Source of the DNA: a bacterium
Lineage (GTDB): Bacteria; Patescibacteriota; Minisyncoccia; Phycocordibacterales; UBA5272
Direction: 5' to 3'
Length of the DNA stretch: 64,000 nt
NCBI GenBank assembly: GCA_023267635.1
Contig: JAHFMX010000004.1
Coordinates: forward strand, 2,837 to 66,836
Position 1 is the first letter of the stretch, and the number at the start of each line of letters is the position of its first letter. A program made the translations under genes and the position numbers. The notes under the pieces were generated by a model. The model searched no databases, was not told the origin of the DNA, and worked only from the letters and a program-made list of their open reading frames with translations. Below, piece after piece: positions 16,753 to 25,688 of this stretch.

Positions 16753-17265
16753 ATGAAGTGGATTCTATTTACAGGTACCTGGAAGCTTACAAATCATGAA
16801 GTGGAGAATGATGTACGAGAAGCTGCTCGTGAAGTGCTTTCTCGTGGAGATGGAATCGTAACGGGAGGGGCTACTGGAGTGGATTATTTTGCTATGGATG
16901 AAGCCATGAAAATGTTTCCAGATGCTTCACGTTTAAAAGTTATCATTCCAGCAATGTTTAAAAGCTATGTGTATGACTATCATACTAACTGGCTTATGCC
17001 TCCAGTTACCACAGAGAGCATCTACAATCTCGAAAAAATTCTTCAACAGATAAAAGACACAAATCCTGAATCTCTTGTTGAAATGCCAAACGATATAATC
17101 ACGCAAGACCACTACAATGATCGCCACGATGAGGAGGTAAAGATTTCAGATGAAGTGTATGCTTTCCAAGTTAACAACAGTACTGGAACACAGGATACTA
17201 TCGACAAAGCTGCTAAGAGTGGTTTGCCTATCATTCTCCATAAGAAGTACACGATTGTGATTTAG
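16753..17265 (+). CDS. SLOG-family Rossmann protein (DprA/LOG-like)
   Basis: TGGATGVDYFAMDEAM resembles the DprA GxARGID loop (cf dprA SGLALGVDGLSHEAAL). Confidence 0.45.
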   Translation: MKWILFTGTWKLTNHEVENDVREAAREVLSRGDGIVTGGATGVDYFAMDEAMKMFPDASRLKVIIPAMFKSYVYDYHTNWLMPPVTTESIYNLEKILQQIKDTNPESLVEMPNDIITQDHYNDRHDEEVKISDEVYAFQVNNSTGTQDTIDKAAKSGLPIILHKKYTIVI

Positions 17266-17295
17266 GCTATAAAGCTAACCTCACTTAAAATTCTT

Positions 17296-17333
17296 ATAAA
17301 AAACAAAACCGCCGAAGCTGCTTTGCTTGGCGG
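17296..17333. terminator. terminator between convergent genes
   Basis: minus strand: CCGCCAAGCaaagcaGCTTCGGCGGttttgtttttt. Confidence 0.5.
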
Positions 17334-17342
17334 TATGTCCAC

Positions 17343-17552
17343 TTAGTTTTTTTTGATGACCTTGACGGGTGTGCAGGTTATGGGTTTTCCATCTTGTCCG
17401 AAGATGGGGGTTCCCACATTCGTATAAAGGGTTTTGGAAATTTCCAGGCAAACATTCTCGTCTGGGGAGAAAACCTTTGCGTAGTTGTTGCCACAACTCC
17501 AGGGCATGAGTGCAAGAATCAACAACAGGACACCAAAGATAGAGTAGTTCAT
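17343..17552 (-). CDS. small secreted protein (signal peptide), GC-elevated
   Basis: MNYSIFGVLLLILALMPWSCGN signal-like N-terminus; 69 aa. Confidence 0.45.
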   Translation of the reverse strand: MNYSIFGVLLLILALMPWSCGNNYAKVFSPDENVCLEISKTLYTNVGTPIFGQDGKPITCTPVKVIKKN

Positions 17553-17580
17553 TTCAATTCCCTTTGTCTTTTGGCGGAAT

Positions 17581-17826
17581 TTATTCGCGACTTGCGTGCA
17601 AGAGCCTTTTGCAATGGTTGGCCAGCGTCACGGCCGCGACTGAGATGAAGCCGACAATCGAGGTGATGAGGATAACTACCTTCACCACCTCAAACCAGTT
17701 CACCAAACGCGCTTGGTTGGAAATACTGATCAGCATTGGCATGATGAGGAAGCTCAGAGCTCCCAAGATAGCCAGCGCAGCAAGAAGGATTGCAGCCAAA
17801 GTAACTGTAATGGTTTTGATGCCCAT
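17581..17826 (-). CDS. small two-TM membrane protein
   Basis: 81 aa; two hydrophobic helices. Confidence 0.45.
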   Translation of the reverse strand: MGIKTITVTLAAILLAALAILGALSFLIMPMLISISNQARLVNWFEVVKVVILITSIVGFISVAAVTLANHCKRLLHASRE

Positions 17827-18020
17827 GTGTTTTCTCCAAGGTTATATATTGAGTAAAGAGCCATATGTATTATGCTATTTTTACCGAATATTGTCAAGTT
17901 GACTGGTATGGCGTAATTTGAGATTGTAGGTATATACCGTATTGACTGACTATCCACCACGCCTGAGACTCTGAACTGATACACTGAGCTAAAGACCTTG
18001 TGTTTTAACATTTACAATCC

Positions 18021-20726
18021 ATGCCTCCAAATTTCAACAACTTCACCACCAAAGCAAAGGAAGTGATTCGTCGGGCGCATGAACTTGCTATCGAGCGAGG
18101 ACAGAACCAGGTGAGTCCACTCCATCTTATGGGAGCTCTTCTTACACAGGAAGAGTCTCTTGTGCATGCTATTTTAGAAAAATTAGAAATCGATATTGTT
18201 CATCTTACTGACAGCATTGTGGACGCTATTGAAGTTCCTGGAGCTTCAGCTACGATGAGTCCGTCATATCAGATGTATCTCACACCTGAACTTGCAACAA
18301 CACTTGAAATGTCACTGAAGGTTGCTCAAACCCTTGGAGACGAATTTGTTTCAACGGAACACCTCTTCCTTTCATTACTTGAATCACAAGGACAAGTACG
18401 TGAAGTACTTGCACGTTTCCGAATCGACAAGGACGCGGCATATCATATATTAGAAGACCTTCGCTCACAGAATATTACTGAAGCGCAAGGCGGAAAGAAA
18501 AATAAAGCACTCGCGAAATACACACGTAATTTCACGGAGCTTGCACGTGCGGACAAATTAGATCCAGTAATCGGTCGCGATACAGAAATCATGCGTCTTA
18601 TGCAAATTCTTTCTCGTCGCACAAAGAATAATCCAATCCTCATTGGTGAAGCTGGTGTTGGAAAAACTGCAGTAGTAGAAGGACTCGCAATTCGTATGGC
18701 AAAAGGGGATGTTCCAGAGTCTCTTAAAGGTAAAGAACTCGTATCACTTGATCTTGGAATGCTTATTGCTGGAACAAAGTTCCGCGGAGAATTTGAAGAA
18801 CGACTCAAAGCAATCATGAAAGAAATTGAACGCTCAGAAGGAGGCATTATTCTTTTCATCGATGAGATTCACACCATTGTCGGAGCGGGGGCAACAGAAG
18901 GATCAGCGGACGCCGCAAACCTACTCAAGCCAGCACTTTCTCGTGGAGAGCTCAGAGCCATTGGAGCAACAACTATCAAGGAGTATCAGAAGCATATCGA
19001 AAAGGATCCAGCTCTTGCCCGTCGTTTCCAGCCAGTGTTTGTAGAAGAACCAACAGAGCTCGACACGCTTGCGATCTTACGTGGCCTCAAGGAAAAGTAT
19101 GAACTCTTCCACGGGGTACGTATTACAGATGATGCTCTTATCTCAGCGGTGAATCTTTCGACTCGATATATTACGTCACGATTCCTACCTGATAAGGCAA
19201 TTGACCTTATTGATGAGGCTGCCTCATCTCTTCGTATTGCTCTCGAGAATAAGCCTCCTGTGCTTGATGATGCTCATCGCAAGATCATGCGTTTAGAAAT
19301 CGAAAAAGAAGCGCTCACGAAGGAACTTGTTGCACATAAGGAAGACGATGATGCGCATGGAACAGGAACTGAAAAGCGAATTCATGCTATCGACGAAGAG
19401 ATTGCAAACGTAAAAGAGAAGACTCGCGAACTTGAGCTTAAGTGGAAAAACGAAAAGAAGACACTTAATGAAATTGGAGAACTTAAAAAGTCTCTTGAAA
19501 CCCTCCGTATTGAAGCAGAGAACGCAGAAATGCGCGCTGACCTTACTCGCGCTGCGGAGATTCGTTATGGACAAATTCCAGAGCTTACACGCGAACTTGG
19601 TGAACGTATGGAGAAACTAAAGAAACTTCAGAAGACACGCAGAATTCTACGTGAAGAAATTACAGAAGAAGATATTGCTTCTGTGGTGGCTCGTTGGACG
19701 GGTATTCCTGTTGTGAAAATGTTGGAAGAGGAAGAAGAAAAATTAGCGCACATGGAAGAAGGACTTGGAGAACGTGTGATTGGACAGCGTGATCCAATAG
19801 AAAAAATAAGTGGAGCAGTGCGCCGAAGTCGTGCGGGGATTAATGATCCATCACGCCCAATCGGTTCATTCCTATTTCTTGGTCCAACGGGTGTTGGAAA
19901 AACGGAACTTACAAAGGCGCTCGCAGAGTTTATGTTCAATGACGAGAAAGCGCTCATCAAAGTGGATATGAGTGAATACATGGAGAAGCATTCAACGTCA
20001 AAGTTGATCGGAAGTCCTCCAGGATATGTTGGATATGATGAATCAGGGCAACTTACTGAAGCAGTTCGCCATCGTCCGTACGCCGTTATCTTGTTTGATG
20101 AAGTTGAAAAGGCTCATCCTGAAGTATTCAACTTACTTCTTCAGGTTCTTGATGAAGGGCGACTTACAGACAGTAAGGGGCGCATTGTTAACTTCAAGAA
20201 CACGATTATTGTGATGACATCCAACATTGGAAGTCAGCACATCCAGAAGATGGAGCAGATTGGGTTTACTAATCACACAGAAGGAAGTGAGTACGCACAA
20301 GTGAAGGAACGAGTTATGGAATCTCTCAAAGAATTCTTTAAGCCTGAGTTCTTAAACCGCCTTGATGAAACAATTATCTTTGATGTGCTCGACAAGAGTC
20401 AGGTGAAGCAAATTGTAGGTCTACAGATGGCTCAAATTGCAAAGCGCCTACAGGAAAAAGATATTATTCTTGAAACAACAGAAGAAGCTCTTGCTCACAT
20501 TGCAGAGAAATCGTTTGACCCACATTATGGAGCGCGACCTATCAAGCGATTTATTCAGACTCATATTTTGAATCAGGTTGCATCTCTCATGCTTTCAAAG
20601 AAATTTATGAAAGGGGGAATAGCTGCAGTAGCACTCGATAAAAAGGGAGACGTTATTGTTGAAGCAAAGAAACCAAAGAAGATTCCAAGTCCAATATCCA
20701 AAAAGGATCTTGTAACAAAGAAGTAA
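18021..20726 (+). CDS. clpB: ATP-dependent chaperone ClpB
   Basis: Clp N-domain; two AAA+ modules ([18 protein letters not shown]) with long middle coiled-coil; 901 aa. Confidence 0.9.
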   Translation: MPPNFNNFTTKAKEVIRRAHELAIERGQNQVSPLHLMGALLTQEESLVHAILEKLEIDIVHLTDSIVDAIEVPGASATMSPSYQMYLTPELATTLEMSLKVAQTLGDEFVSTEHLFLSLLESQGQVREVLARFRIDKDAAYHILEDLRSQNITEAQGGKKNKALAKYTRNFTELARADKLDPVIGRDTEIMRLMQILSRRTKNNPILIGEAGVGKTAVVEGLAIRMAKGDVPESLKGKELVSLDLGMLIAGTKFRGEFEERLKAIMKEIERSEGGIILFIDEIHTIVGAGATEGSADAANLLKPALSRGELRAIGATTIKEYQKHIEKDPALARRFQPVFVEEPTELDTLAILRGLKEKYELFHGVRITDDALISAVNLSTRYITSRFLPDKAIDLIDEAASSLRIALENKPPVLDDAHRKIMRLEIEKEALTKELVAHKEDDDAHGTGTEKRIHAIDEEIANVKEKTRELELKWKNEKKTLNEIGELKKSLETLRIEAENAEMRADLTRAAEIRYGQIPELTRELGERMEKLKKLQKTRRILREEITEEDIASVVARWTGIPVVKMLEEEEEKLAHMEEGLGERVIGQRDPIEKISGAVRRSRAGINDPSRPIGSFLFLGPTGVGKTELTKALAEFMFNDEKALIKVDMSEYMEKHSTSKLIGSPPGYVGYDESGQLTEAVRHRPYAVILFDEVEKAHPEVFNLLLQVLDEGRLTDSKGRIVNFKNTIIVMTSNIGSQHIQKMEQIGFTNHTEGSEYAQVKERVMESLKEFFKPEFLNRLDETIIFDVLDKSQVKQIVGLQMAQIAKRLQEKDIILETTEEALAHIAEKSFDPHYGARPIKRFIQTHILNQVASLMLSKKFMKGGIAAVALDKKGDVIVEAKKPKKIPSPISKKDLVTKK

Positions 20727-20735
20727 AGATCTACA

Positions 20736-20895
20736 AAATCATCCCATCTACTTTGTCGCTACGGGATTTTTCTCAGTCAATGTATATGGAAATGTTCCTT
20801 TGCTTGCTAGCTCCGGAACTCTTTGTCGCTCTTCGCTCCTAGATCCTTCTAAAAATCCCTAAGCTTCGCGTACCTGGAACAATTTTCTAGATTTT
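20736..20895 (+). repeat. 3'-UTR repeat family A, copy 2 (composite, with nested ~60-nt insert)
   Basis: aaaatcatcccatctactttgtcgctacgggatttttctcagtcaatgta...ccctaagcttcgcgtacctgg; insert duplicates ctttgtcgct and carries ttgcttgctagctc. Confidence 0.6.
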
Positions 20896-20903
20896 AAAAA
20901 CAT

Positions 20904-20937
20904 AAAGTGCCGCATATTTGCGGCACTTTATGTTTTT
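20904..20937 (+). terminator. rho-independent terminator after clpB and repeat
   Basis: AAAGTGCCGCatatttGCGGCACTTTatgttttt. Confidence 0.65.
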
Positions 20938-20946
20938 AATGAAATT

Positions 20947-20955
20947 TGCTATAAT
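20947..20955 (+). promoter_or_regulatory. extended -10 box TGCTATAAT (possible tRNA-Tyr promoter)
   Basis: tttGCTATAATcc, 46 nt upstream of tRNA-Tyr. Confidence 0.3.
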
Positions 20956-21000
20956 CCAATTCTGTTGGTTTGTGTCAAAGTATTTAGACCAACACTTTTT

Positions 21001-21083
21001 GCGTCAGTCGTATAGTGGCAATTACAGGGGACTGTAAATCCCCCGCGCATAGCGCTCCGCTGGTTCGAGTCCAGCCTGACGCA
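21001..21083 (+). tRNA. tRNA-Tyr (GTA)
   Basis: Acceptor GCGTCAG/CTGACGC, anticodon stem GGGGA/TCCCC with loop CTGTAAA, long variable arm, T-arm CTGGTTCGAGTCCAG. Confidence 0.85.
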
Positions 21084-21100
21084 CAAAATAGTTTTTATTA

Positions 21101-21131
21101 AAAATCTCCATATTTGAATGGAGATTTTTAA
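21101..21131 (+). terminator. terminator after tRNA-Tyr
   Basis: aaaATCTCCATatttgaATGGAGATttttaat. Confidence 0.6.
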
Positions 21132-21233
21132 TTCTAACGGTAGTATTGACTTTTATATTAAATATGTTATAATTAAAAAGCTAAGGATTTAATTTTTCAT
21201 TTCGAAAAATATTCTTGGCGAAGGAGATAGAGA

Positions 21234-21521
21234 GTGCAAACAGCAATGAGTTTGGCGCTTGCGAGAGTCGGTTTGATTACCGAAGAGCAAGCAAGAGACA
21301 TTACATGTCTGCCGCGGCACTTGAAGACATATCAGGAGCAGATTGAAGAAATCTCTCTACTTGCTGGTCTGATGAAAAATGCCAATATCAATGCATCTGG
21401 TACAGACACGCTTGTCTATATCGCGTACAGGCTTGATTTGGAAAGTGGAAGATATGCTGAAGGTTTTCAGCTCATGCTTTCCCATCTGAAGAAAAGAGTT
21501 GCTGAACTCGGACTCGTTTAA
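21234..21521 (+). CDS. small hypothetical protein (95 aa)
   Basis: ORF followed by its own terminator; no recognisable motif. Confidence 0.45.
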   Translation: MQTAMSLALARVGLITEEQARDITCLPRHLKTYQEQIEEISLLAGLMKNANINASGTDTLVYIAYRLDLESGRYAEGFQLMLSHLKKRVAELGLV

Positions 21522-21562
21522 TCTAAAATATAAAGGAGAATTCTATCATGAAGACATGACAC

Positions 21563-21590
21563 GCCGACACCAACTGTGTCGGCTTTTTAT
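21563..21590 (+). terminator. rho-independent terminator
   Basis: GCCGACACcaactGTGTCGGCtttttat. Confidence 0.6.
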
Positions 21591-21675
21591 ATGCCAAAGT
21601 TTTAACGTGAGGGCTTTGTTAATAAAACCTGCGCCATTTGAGATGAAAAACACATAGAGTGGTCTGTATAGAGGG

Positions 21676-21684
21676 TGATATACT
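21676..21684 (+). promoter_or_regulatory. extended -10 box TGATATACT, leaderless arrangement
   Basis: ATG at 21691 lies 7 nt after the box. Confidence 0.4.
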
Positions 21685-21690
21685 TACCAC

Positions 21691-22236
21691 ATGAGAATTG
21701 CAGTCCTTGGTCCACAAAATACTGGTAAATCAACTTTTATACAAGATTTCTTAGCTGAATTCCCACACTATACAACGCCGCCTGAGACCTACCGCGACCT
21801 TGTGGAGGAAAAGGAATTAGAGGTTAATCAACTGACTGGAGTAGAAAGTCAAAAAGCAATTCGTGATTTTATGTTTGGACAGTTGCGTCACAATACTGCG
21901 TATAATGTTATTTTTGATAGGTGTCTTATTGATAACTATGTGTATACCTACGTTCAGTATGAGGCAGGCACTATTCCAAAATGGTTTGTAGATGAAACCG
22001 AAGCAATGATGAAGGACACACTTCAAAATGTTGATATGTATTTCTTTATTCCTACGGCGGTTGCTGTGCCGTTGGTTGATGACGGAACACGAGACATTAC
22101 AGCTGAGTATATTGATACAGTTAATAATCACTTCTTAAGAGTTTTATTTGAGCTCTCAAGAAAATACAACATTACCGTTAAGGTTGTGTCGGGGAATCGA
22201 GAAGCAAGAATGGAACAGGTTAGAAAAATAATTTAA
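21691..22236 (+). CDS. P-loop NTPase (AAA_28/NadR-like nucleoside kinase fold)
   Basis: Walker A GPQNTGKST at N-terminus; DR motif IFDRCLID. Confidence 0.55.
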   Translation: MRIAVLGPQNTGKSTFIQDFLAEFPHYTTPPETYRDLVEEKELEVNQLTGVESQKAIRDFMFGQLRHNTAYNVIFDRCLIDNYVYTYVQYEAGTIPKWFVDETEAMMKDTLQNVDMYFFIPTAVAVPLVDDGTRDITAEYIDTVNNHFLRVLFELSRKYNITVKVVSGNREARMEQVRKII

Positions 22237-22248
22237 TTTTTAATTACT

Positions 22249-22629
22249 ATGAATATAGAAGATCGCAAAAAAGAATTAACACCAGAAGAAAACCACGTCC
22301 TCTTTAATGGTGGAACAGAGGCTCCGTTTACAGGTGAGCTTCTTAATGAACACCGTGTGGGAATGTTTAGTTGTAAGGTGTGTGGTACACCACTCTTTGC
22401 TTCGGACACAAAATTTGAATCAGGATCAGGGTGGCCTTCGTTTGATCAAGCTCTACCTGGCGCCACAGAGAATATTGAAGACAATTCACTCGGCATGCTT
22501 CGGACGGAAGTAAGGTGTGCTACGTGTCATGCTCACCTAGGGCATGTGTTCGATGACGGACCAGCAACAACTGGTAAGCGCTACTGTATGAACTCAATCT
22601 GTATGGAATTTAAGGAAGAAGAAAAATAA
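22249..22629 (+). CDS. msrB: peptide methionine sulfoxide reductase B
   Basis: SelR fold: two CxxC zinc pairs (CKVCGTPLF, CATCHAHLGHVF) and GWPSF. Confidence 0.85.
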   Translation: MNIEDRKKELTPEENHVLFNGGTEAPFTGELLNEHRVGMFSCKVCGTPLFASDTKFESGSGWPSFDQALPGATENIEDNSLGMLRTEVRCATCHAHLGHVFDDGPATTGKRYCMNSICMEFKEEEK

Positions 22630-22634
22630 TATAT

Positions 22635-23018
22635 ATGTCATCACTTTTTACAAAAATCATTGCAGGTGAAATTCCAAGTTACAAGATATACGAAGATGAA
22701 TACTCGTATGCTTTTCTGGACATTAATCCTTCACGTGAGGGGCACACTCTTGTTGTTCCTAAACAAGAAGTTGACCAGTTGTTTGATCTTGATGAAGAAT
22801 CATATCGAGGGCTTATGAGCGCTGTTAAGAATGTTGCTGAATTGCTTAAAGCAAAACTGAACTGCATGCGTATATGTGTCGTTGTTGAAGGGTATGAAGT
22901 TCCTCATGCTCATGTGCACCTGCTTCCTACCAATACTGCAGAAGATTTTATTTCTCGAAGACCACACACGGCAACTGACGAGGAGCTGAAAGAAGTTCAC
23001 GCTAACATCGTCTCATAG
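22635..23018 (+). CDS. HIT-family (histidine triad) nucleotide hydrolase
   Basis: HxHxHxx motif HAHVHLLP; N-terminal FxKII. Confidence 0.8.
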   Translation: MSSLFTKIIAGEIPSYKIYEDEYSYAFLDINPSREGHTLVVPKQEVDQLFDLDEESYRGLMSAVKNVAELLKAKLNCMRICVVVEGYEVPHAHVHLLPTNTAEDFISRRPHTATDEELKEVHANIVS

Positions 23019-23021
23019 TAT

Positions 23022-23288
23022 ATGAAGCAACCAATAACATTTAAAGAAGCTGTGTATGACGTTGTAGCTAAAATCCCAAAAGGGAATGTTATGACATATA
23101 AAGAAGTTGCTATAAAAATTGGAAAGCCAAACGCGTCCCGTGCGGTGGGTACGGTATTAAGTAAGAATTTTAATCCAGATATTCCGTGCCATCGTGTGAT
23201 TCGTGCTGACGGAAAAATGGGAGGTTATAATCGCGGGGGAATTACTAGTAAACGCACCATTCTCGAAGAAGAAGGTGCTAATATATAA
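23022..23288 (+). CDS. ogt: methylated-DNA-protein-cysteine methyltransferase (MGMT C-terminal domain only)
   Basis: Active-site IPCHRVIRADG, wHTH; 88 aa. Confidence 0.75.
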   Translation: MKQPITFKEAVYDVVAKIPKGNVMTYKEVAIKIGKPNASRAVGTVLSKNFNPDIPCHRVIRADGKMGGYNRGGITSKRTILEEEGANI

Positions 23289-23299
23289 TCTATACATCT

Positions 23300-23638
23300 A
23301 TGACATATATACTCATCAGAACAATCGGAGTTCTTCTAGCAAGTTACATAACTAAAGTGGGTGTTCCAATAGTGCTTGCTTGGCAAACAGGAGTGACTGC
23401 AGTGTTGGTTGCTTTAGTCCTTGCAATCATCAACAACACGATCAAACCAATCATTACCTTGATCTCGCTCCCAATTAACATTGTGACGTTGGGATTGTTT
23501 TCTTTTGTGATAAATGGAGTAATGATCCTACTCGCAGACAAGTTGGTTGATGGATTTACTATTCCGTCACTTTTAATGGCAATATATTTCTCAATCGTAC
23601 TTTCAGTTATTAACTGGTTTCTTCACGCATTTGAATAG
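23300..23638 (+). CDS. DUF360 / phage-holin-family-4-like membrane protein
   Basis: LISLPINIVTLGLFSFVINGVMILLADKLVDGF matches the DUF360 core (LTLP..LTLGLF...VPGF); 4 TM. Confidence 0.55.
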   Translation: MTYILIRTIGVLLASYITKVGVPIVLAWQTGVTAVLVALVLAIINNTIKPIITLISLPINIVTLGLFSFVINGVMILLADKLVDGFTIPSLLMAIYFSIVLSVINWFLHAFE

Positions 23639-23662
23639 GAGATAGTTAGGGGTTGCAGTTAG

Positions 23663-23747
23663 GGTGTTAGAGAAAAGAGTGCGCCGTATGGTTCCCGATT
23701 TCTTAGATTGTAATCAATCTTTTGAAATCGCAATACTCTGGAGTGCG
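23663..23747 (+). repeat. hairpin repeat family B, copy b
   Basis: agaaaagagtgcgc cgtatggtt cccgatttcttagattgtaatcaatcttttgaaatcgcaatact ctggagtgcgcactctttt; nested inverted repeats; between convergent genes. Confidence 0.55.
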
Positions 23748-23803
23748 CACTCTTTTCTTATTGGGTATTGATTATTAAGTTATTGAATATTTACTCCTAA
23801 CCC

Positions 23804-24265
23804 TTAACTACTAACTCCTGACTTGGATTCGTGTTCCTCGGTGATCACTTCAACGTCTTCTTGAATTTCATCCACATCCTCCTGAATCTCATCAATATCT
23901 TCTTGCATTTCTTCCACGTCTTCAGCGATCTCCTCAACGTCCTCAGCAATCTCTTCGACATCTTCTGCAATTTCTTCAACGTCTTCTTGAATTTCATCAA
24001 TATCTTTTTCAACGTTGGCTAGCGCTCGCGCCTGATGGTTAACACTCATTTGAATGAAGATAGAGAGATAAATTGCTTCAAGAGATACGACTGTTGTTAA
24101 TACGAGGAGAACTCGATCTAGGCCAACACCCATAAGCACAAGCGTAAAAGCGCCTATAAATAAAAAGGTGTGAACAATGACAGACCAAATCGATCCTGTC
24201 CACTTGGTGATTTTAAGCGCAAGGATTTCTAGGTCATTTATTGGGGTGTTTTCATTTTTTTTCAT
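23804..24265 (-). CDS. DUF1003-like membrane protein with acidic heptad-repeat tail
   Basis: Two TM helices then (EDVEEIA)n repeats. Confidence 0.5.
   Translation of the reverse strand: MKKNENTPINDLEILALKITKWTGSIWSVIVHTFLFIGAFTLVLMGVGLDRVLLVLTTVVSLEAIYLSIFIQMSVNHQARALANVEKDIDEIQEDVEEIAEDVEEIAEDVEEIAEDVEEMQEDIDEIQEDVDEIQEDVEVITEEHESKSGVSS
23839..24010. repeat. coding 21-nt tandem repeat (about 8 units)
   Basis: catccacatcctcctgaatct / catcaatatcttcttgcattt / cttccacgtcttcagcgatct ...; encodes EDVEEIA heptads. Confidence 0.7.
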
Positions 24266-24287
24266 ATGGTATAAGGGGTTGCGTCGA

Positions 24288-24329
24288 CGCTTGGTAGCTT
24301 ACGACGTCTTCGCAGTCAAGCTGCTAAAC
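24288..24329 (+). repeat. motif family C, copy 2
   Basis: cgcttggtagcttacgacgtcttcgcagtcaagctgctaaac ~80% identical to 10208-10249; lies between divergent genes. Confidence 0.45.
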
Positions 24330-24354
24330 ATATGTTTTTACTATACCATAAACA

Positions 24355-24363
24355 TGGTAAAAT
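24355..24363 (+). promoter_or_regulatory. extended -10 box TGGTAAAAT, leaderless
   Basis: ATG at 24370 lies 6 nt after the box. Confidence 0.4.
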
Positions 24364-24369
24364 AAAGGT

Positions 24370-25470
24370 ATGACAATATTAATTCTTGTCGGACTACTTA
24401 TTCCGTTACTTATTCTGGGAGGTTTTGGTGCGCTTATTTATTTTCTTGTAAAGAAAAATACAAATTCTATGGAATCAAAAACAAAGGCTCTTGATGTGTT
24501 TATGTATCTCGGTATTTTCATATCGCTCATCGTGTCAGTGACAAATAGTATTCAAATACTTTTTACAGCTATTGAACGTAAGTTCACAGATGTGCTAGAA
24601 GTTGGACAGTATGTAGATATGTACGGAAGCGATATGCGCATGGCTATCGCTTCTCTTGTGGTGATGTTCCCCATCTACCTAGTTCTCTCAATGTACGTTT
24701 CAAGAGACATTAAGAAGTTTCTTTTCAAGCGTGGTCTTCTTATTCGTAAGATTTTTATTTACACAACGCTTTTTGCAACAGCGGTGACGCTTCTCGGTTC
24801 TCTTGTTGCAACAATCTACACATACCTGGGTGGAGAGCTTACTGTTCGTTTCGAACTTAAGGCGCTTACGGTGTTTGTTATCGCAGCAGCAGTGGGAGGA
24901 TATTACCTCTATGCGCTTCGTCGTGACTATACAAAGAAGACAATGGTACCGAACATAATTGCAGCAGCCTCTGCACTCTTCGTACTCGCTTCTCTTGTGT
25001 GGAGCGTTTCTATTATCGGTACTCCAGCTGAAATGAGACTTAAGCGAATTGACGATGCACGTCTTAACGATGTATCTCGTATTCAGCAAGAAATCTTTAA
25101 CCACTTCCAGAGCACTGATAAGTTACCAAAAGATCTTTCAGAGCTTGATGATGCCTTTCAAGGATATGTTGTTCCAAAGGATCCAGTAACAGGAGCAGTG
25201 TACGAGTATCGTGTACTTCAACAGCCCGTTGTAAGAGCAACTGCTGTTGTAGGTAAAAAAGAACTCACAACACCTGCTATCTTTGAAATCTGTGCAACAT
25301 TCGAGACTGAGCGAAAGTATGACGACCGAGGAACGCCAGTGTTCGCGGAGAAGATGTATTCTGTATCAAATTACTATTATTCTGGAGACACATCAGCTTT
25401 CTGGAATCATGGTATTGGTAAGACATGTTTTAAGAGGGTTATTTCTTCTGACATGTACTACGGTCGCTAA
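24370..25470 (+). CDS. hypothetical polytopic membrane protein with C-terminal soluble domain
   Basis: Six N-terminal TM helices; C-terminal domain with no known motif. Confidence 0.5.
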   Translation: MTILILVGLLIPLLILGGFGALIYFLVKKNTNSMESKTKALDVFMYLGIFISLIVSVTNSIQILFTAIERKFTDVLEVGQYVDMYGSDMRMAIASLVVMFPIYLVLSMYVSRDIKKFLFKRGLLIRKIFIYTTLFATAVTLLGSLVATIYTYLGGELTVRFELKALTVFVIAAAVGGYYLYALRRDYTKKTMVPNIIAAASALFVLASLVWSVSIIGTPAEMRLKRIDDARLNDVSRIQQEIFNHFQSTDKLPKDLSELDDAFQGYVVPKDPVTGAVYEYRVLQQPVVRATAVVGKKELTTPAIFEICATFETERKYDDRGTPVFAEKMYSVSNYYYSGDTSAFWNHGIGKTCFKRVISSDMYYGR

Positions 25471-25507
25471 TACAGTACACCAACACAATCTTCTTTGTTG
25501 TGGGACC

Positions 25508-25580
25508 CAGTTTTCTCAGTCAATGTACTATTCGTACACCTCCTTCAAAAACTTTCCCACGCCTCGAATCTTGTGCCGTT
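25508..25580 (+). repeat. 3'-UTR repeat family A, copy 4 (5'-truncated)
   Basis: cagttttctcagtcaatgtactattcgtacacctccttcaaaaactttcccacgcctcgaatcttg; shares tttctcagtcaatgta + hairpin + ttcaaaaa...c.tcg with copies 1-3. Confidence 0.5.
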
Positions 25581-25613
25581 ATACTGATTAGTTTTCTTCT
25601 GGGGATTTTTAAA

Positions 25614-25649
25614 TAAAGAGCGGCGCCTACGGCGCCGCTCTTTATTTTT
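25614..25649 (+). terminator. strong rho-independent terminator
   Basis: AAAGAGCGGCGCCtacGGCGCCGCTCTTTattttta; 13-bp stem. Confidence 0.7.
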
Positions 25650-25674
25650 ATCTCACAGACGCAATATGATAGTA

Positions 25675-25683
25675 TGTAGTAAT
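25675..25683 (+). promoter_or_regulatory. extended -10-like box TGTAGTAAT before leuS (alternative: TGATAGTAT at 25667-25675)
   Basis: ATG at 25689, leaderless spacing. Confidence 0.3.
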
Positions 25684-25688
25684 AACGT

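Noticed and set aside
23300-23638. Holin-family-4 (DUF360) protein as a sign of a prophage
   Set aside because: - No terminase, capsid, integrase or endolysin gene is in the vicinity.
- Neighbouring genes are housekeeping (msrB, HIT, ogt).
- DUF360 proteins are common chromosomal membrane proteins.
23839-24010. Periodic 21-nt repeat array that could be mistaken for a CRISPR array
   Set aside because: - The units are contiguous, with no spacers.
- They lie inside an intact ORF and encode an in-frame heptad peptide repeat.
- No cas genes are nearby.
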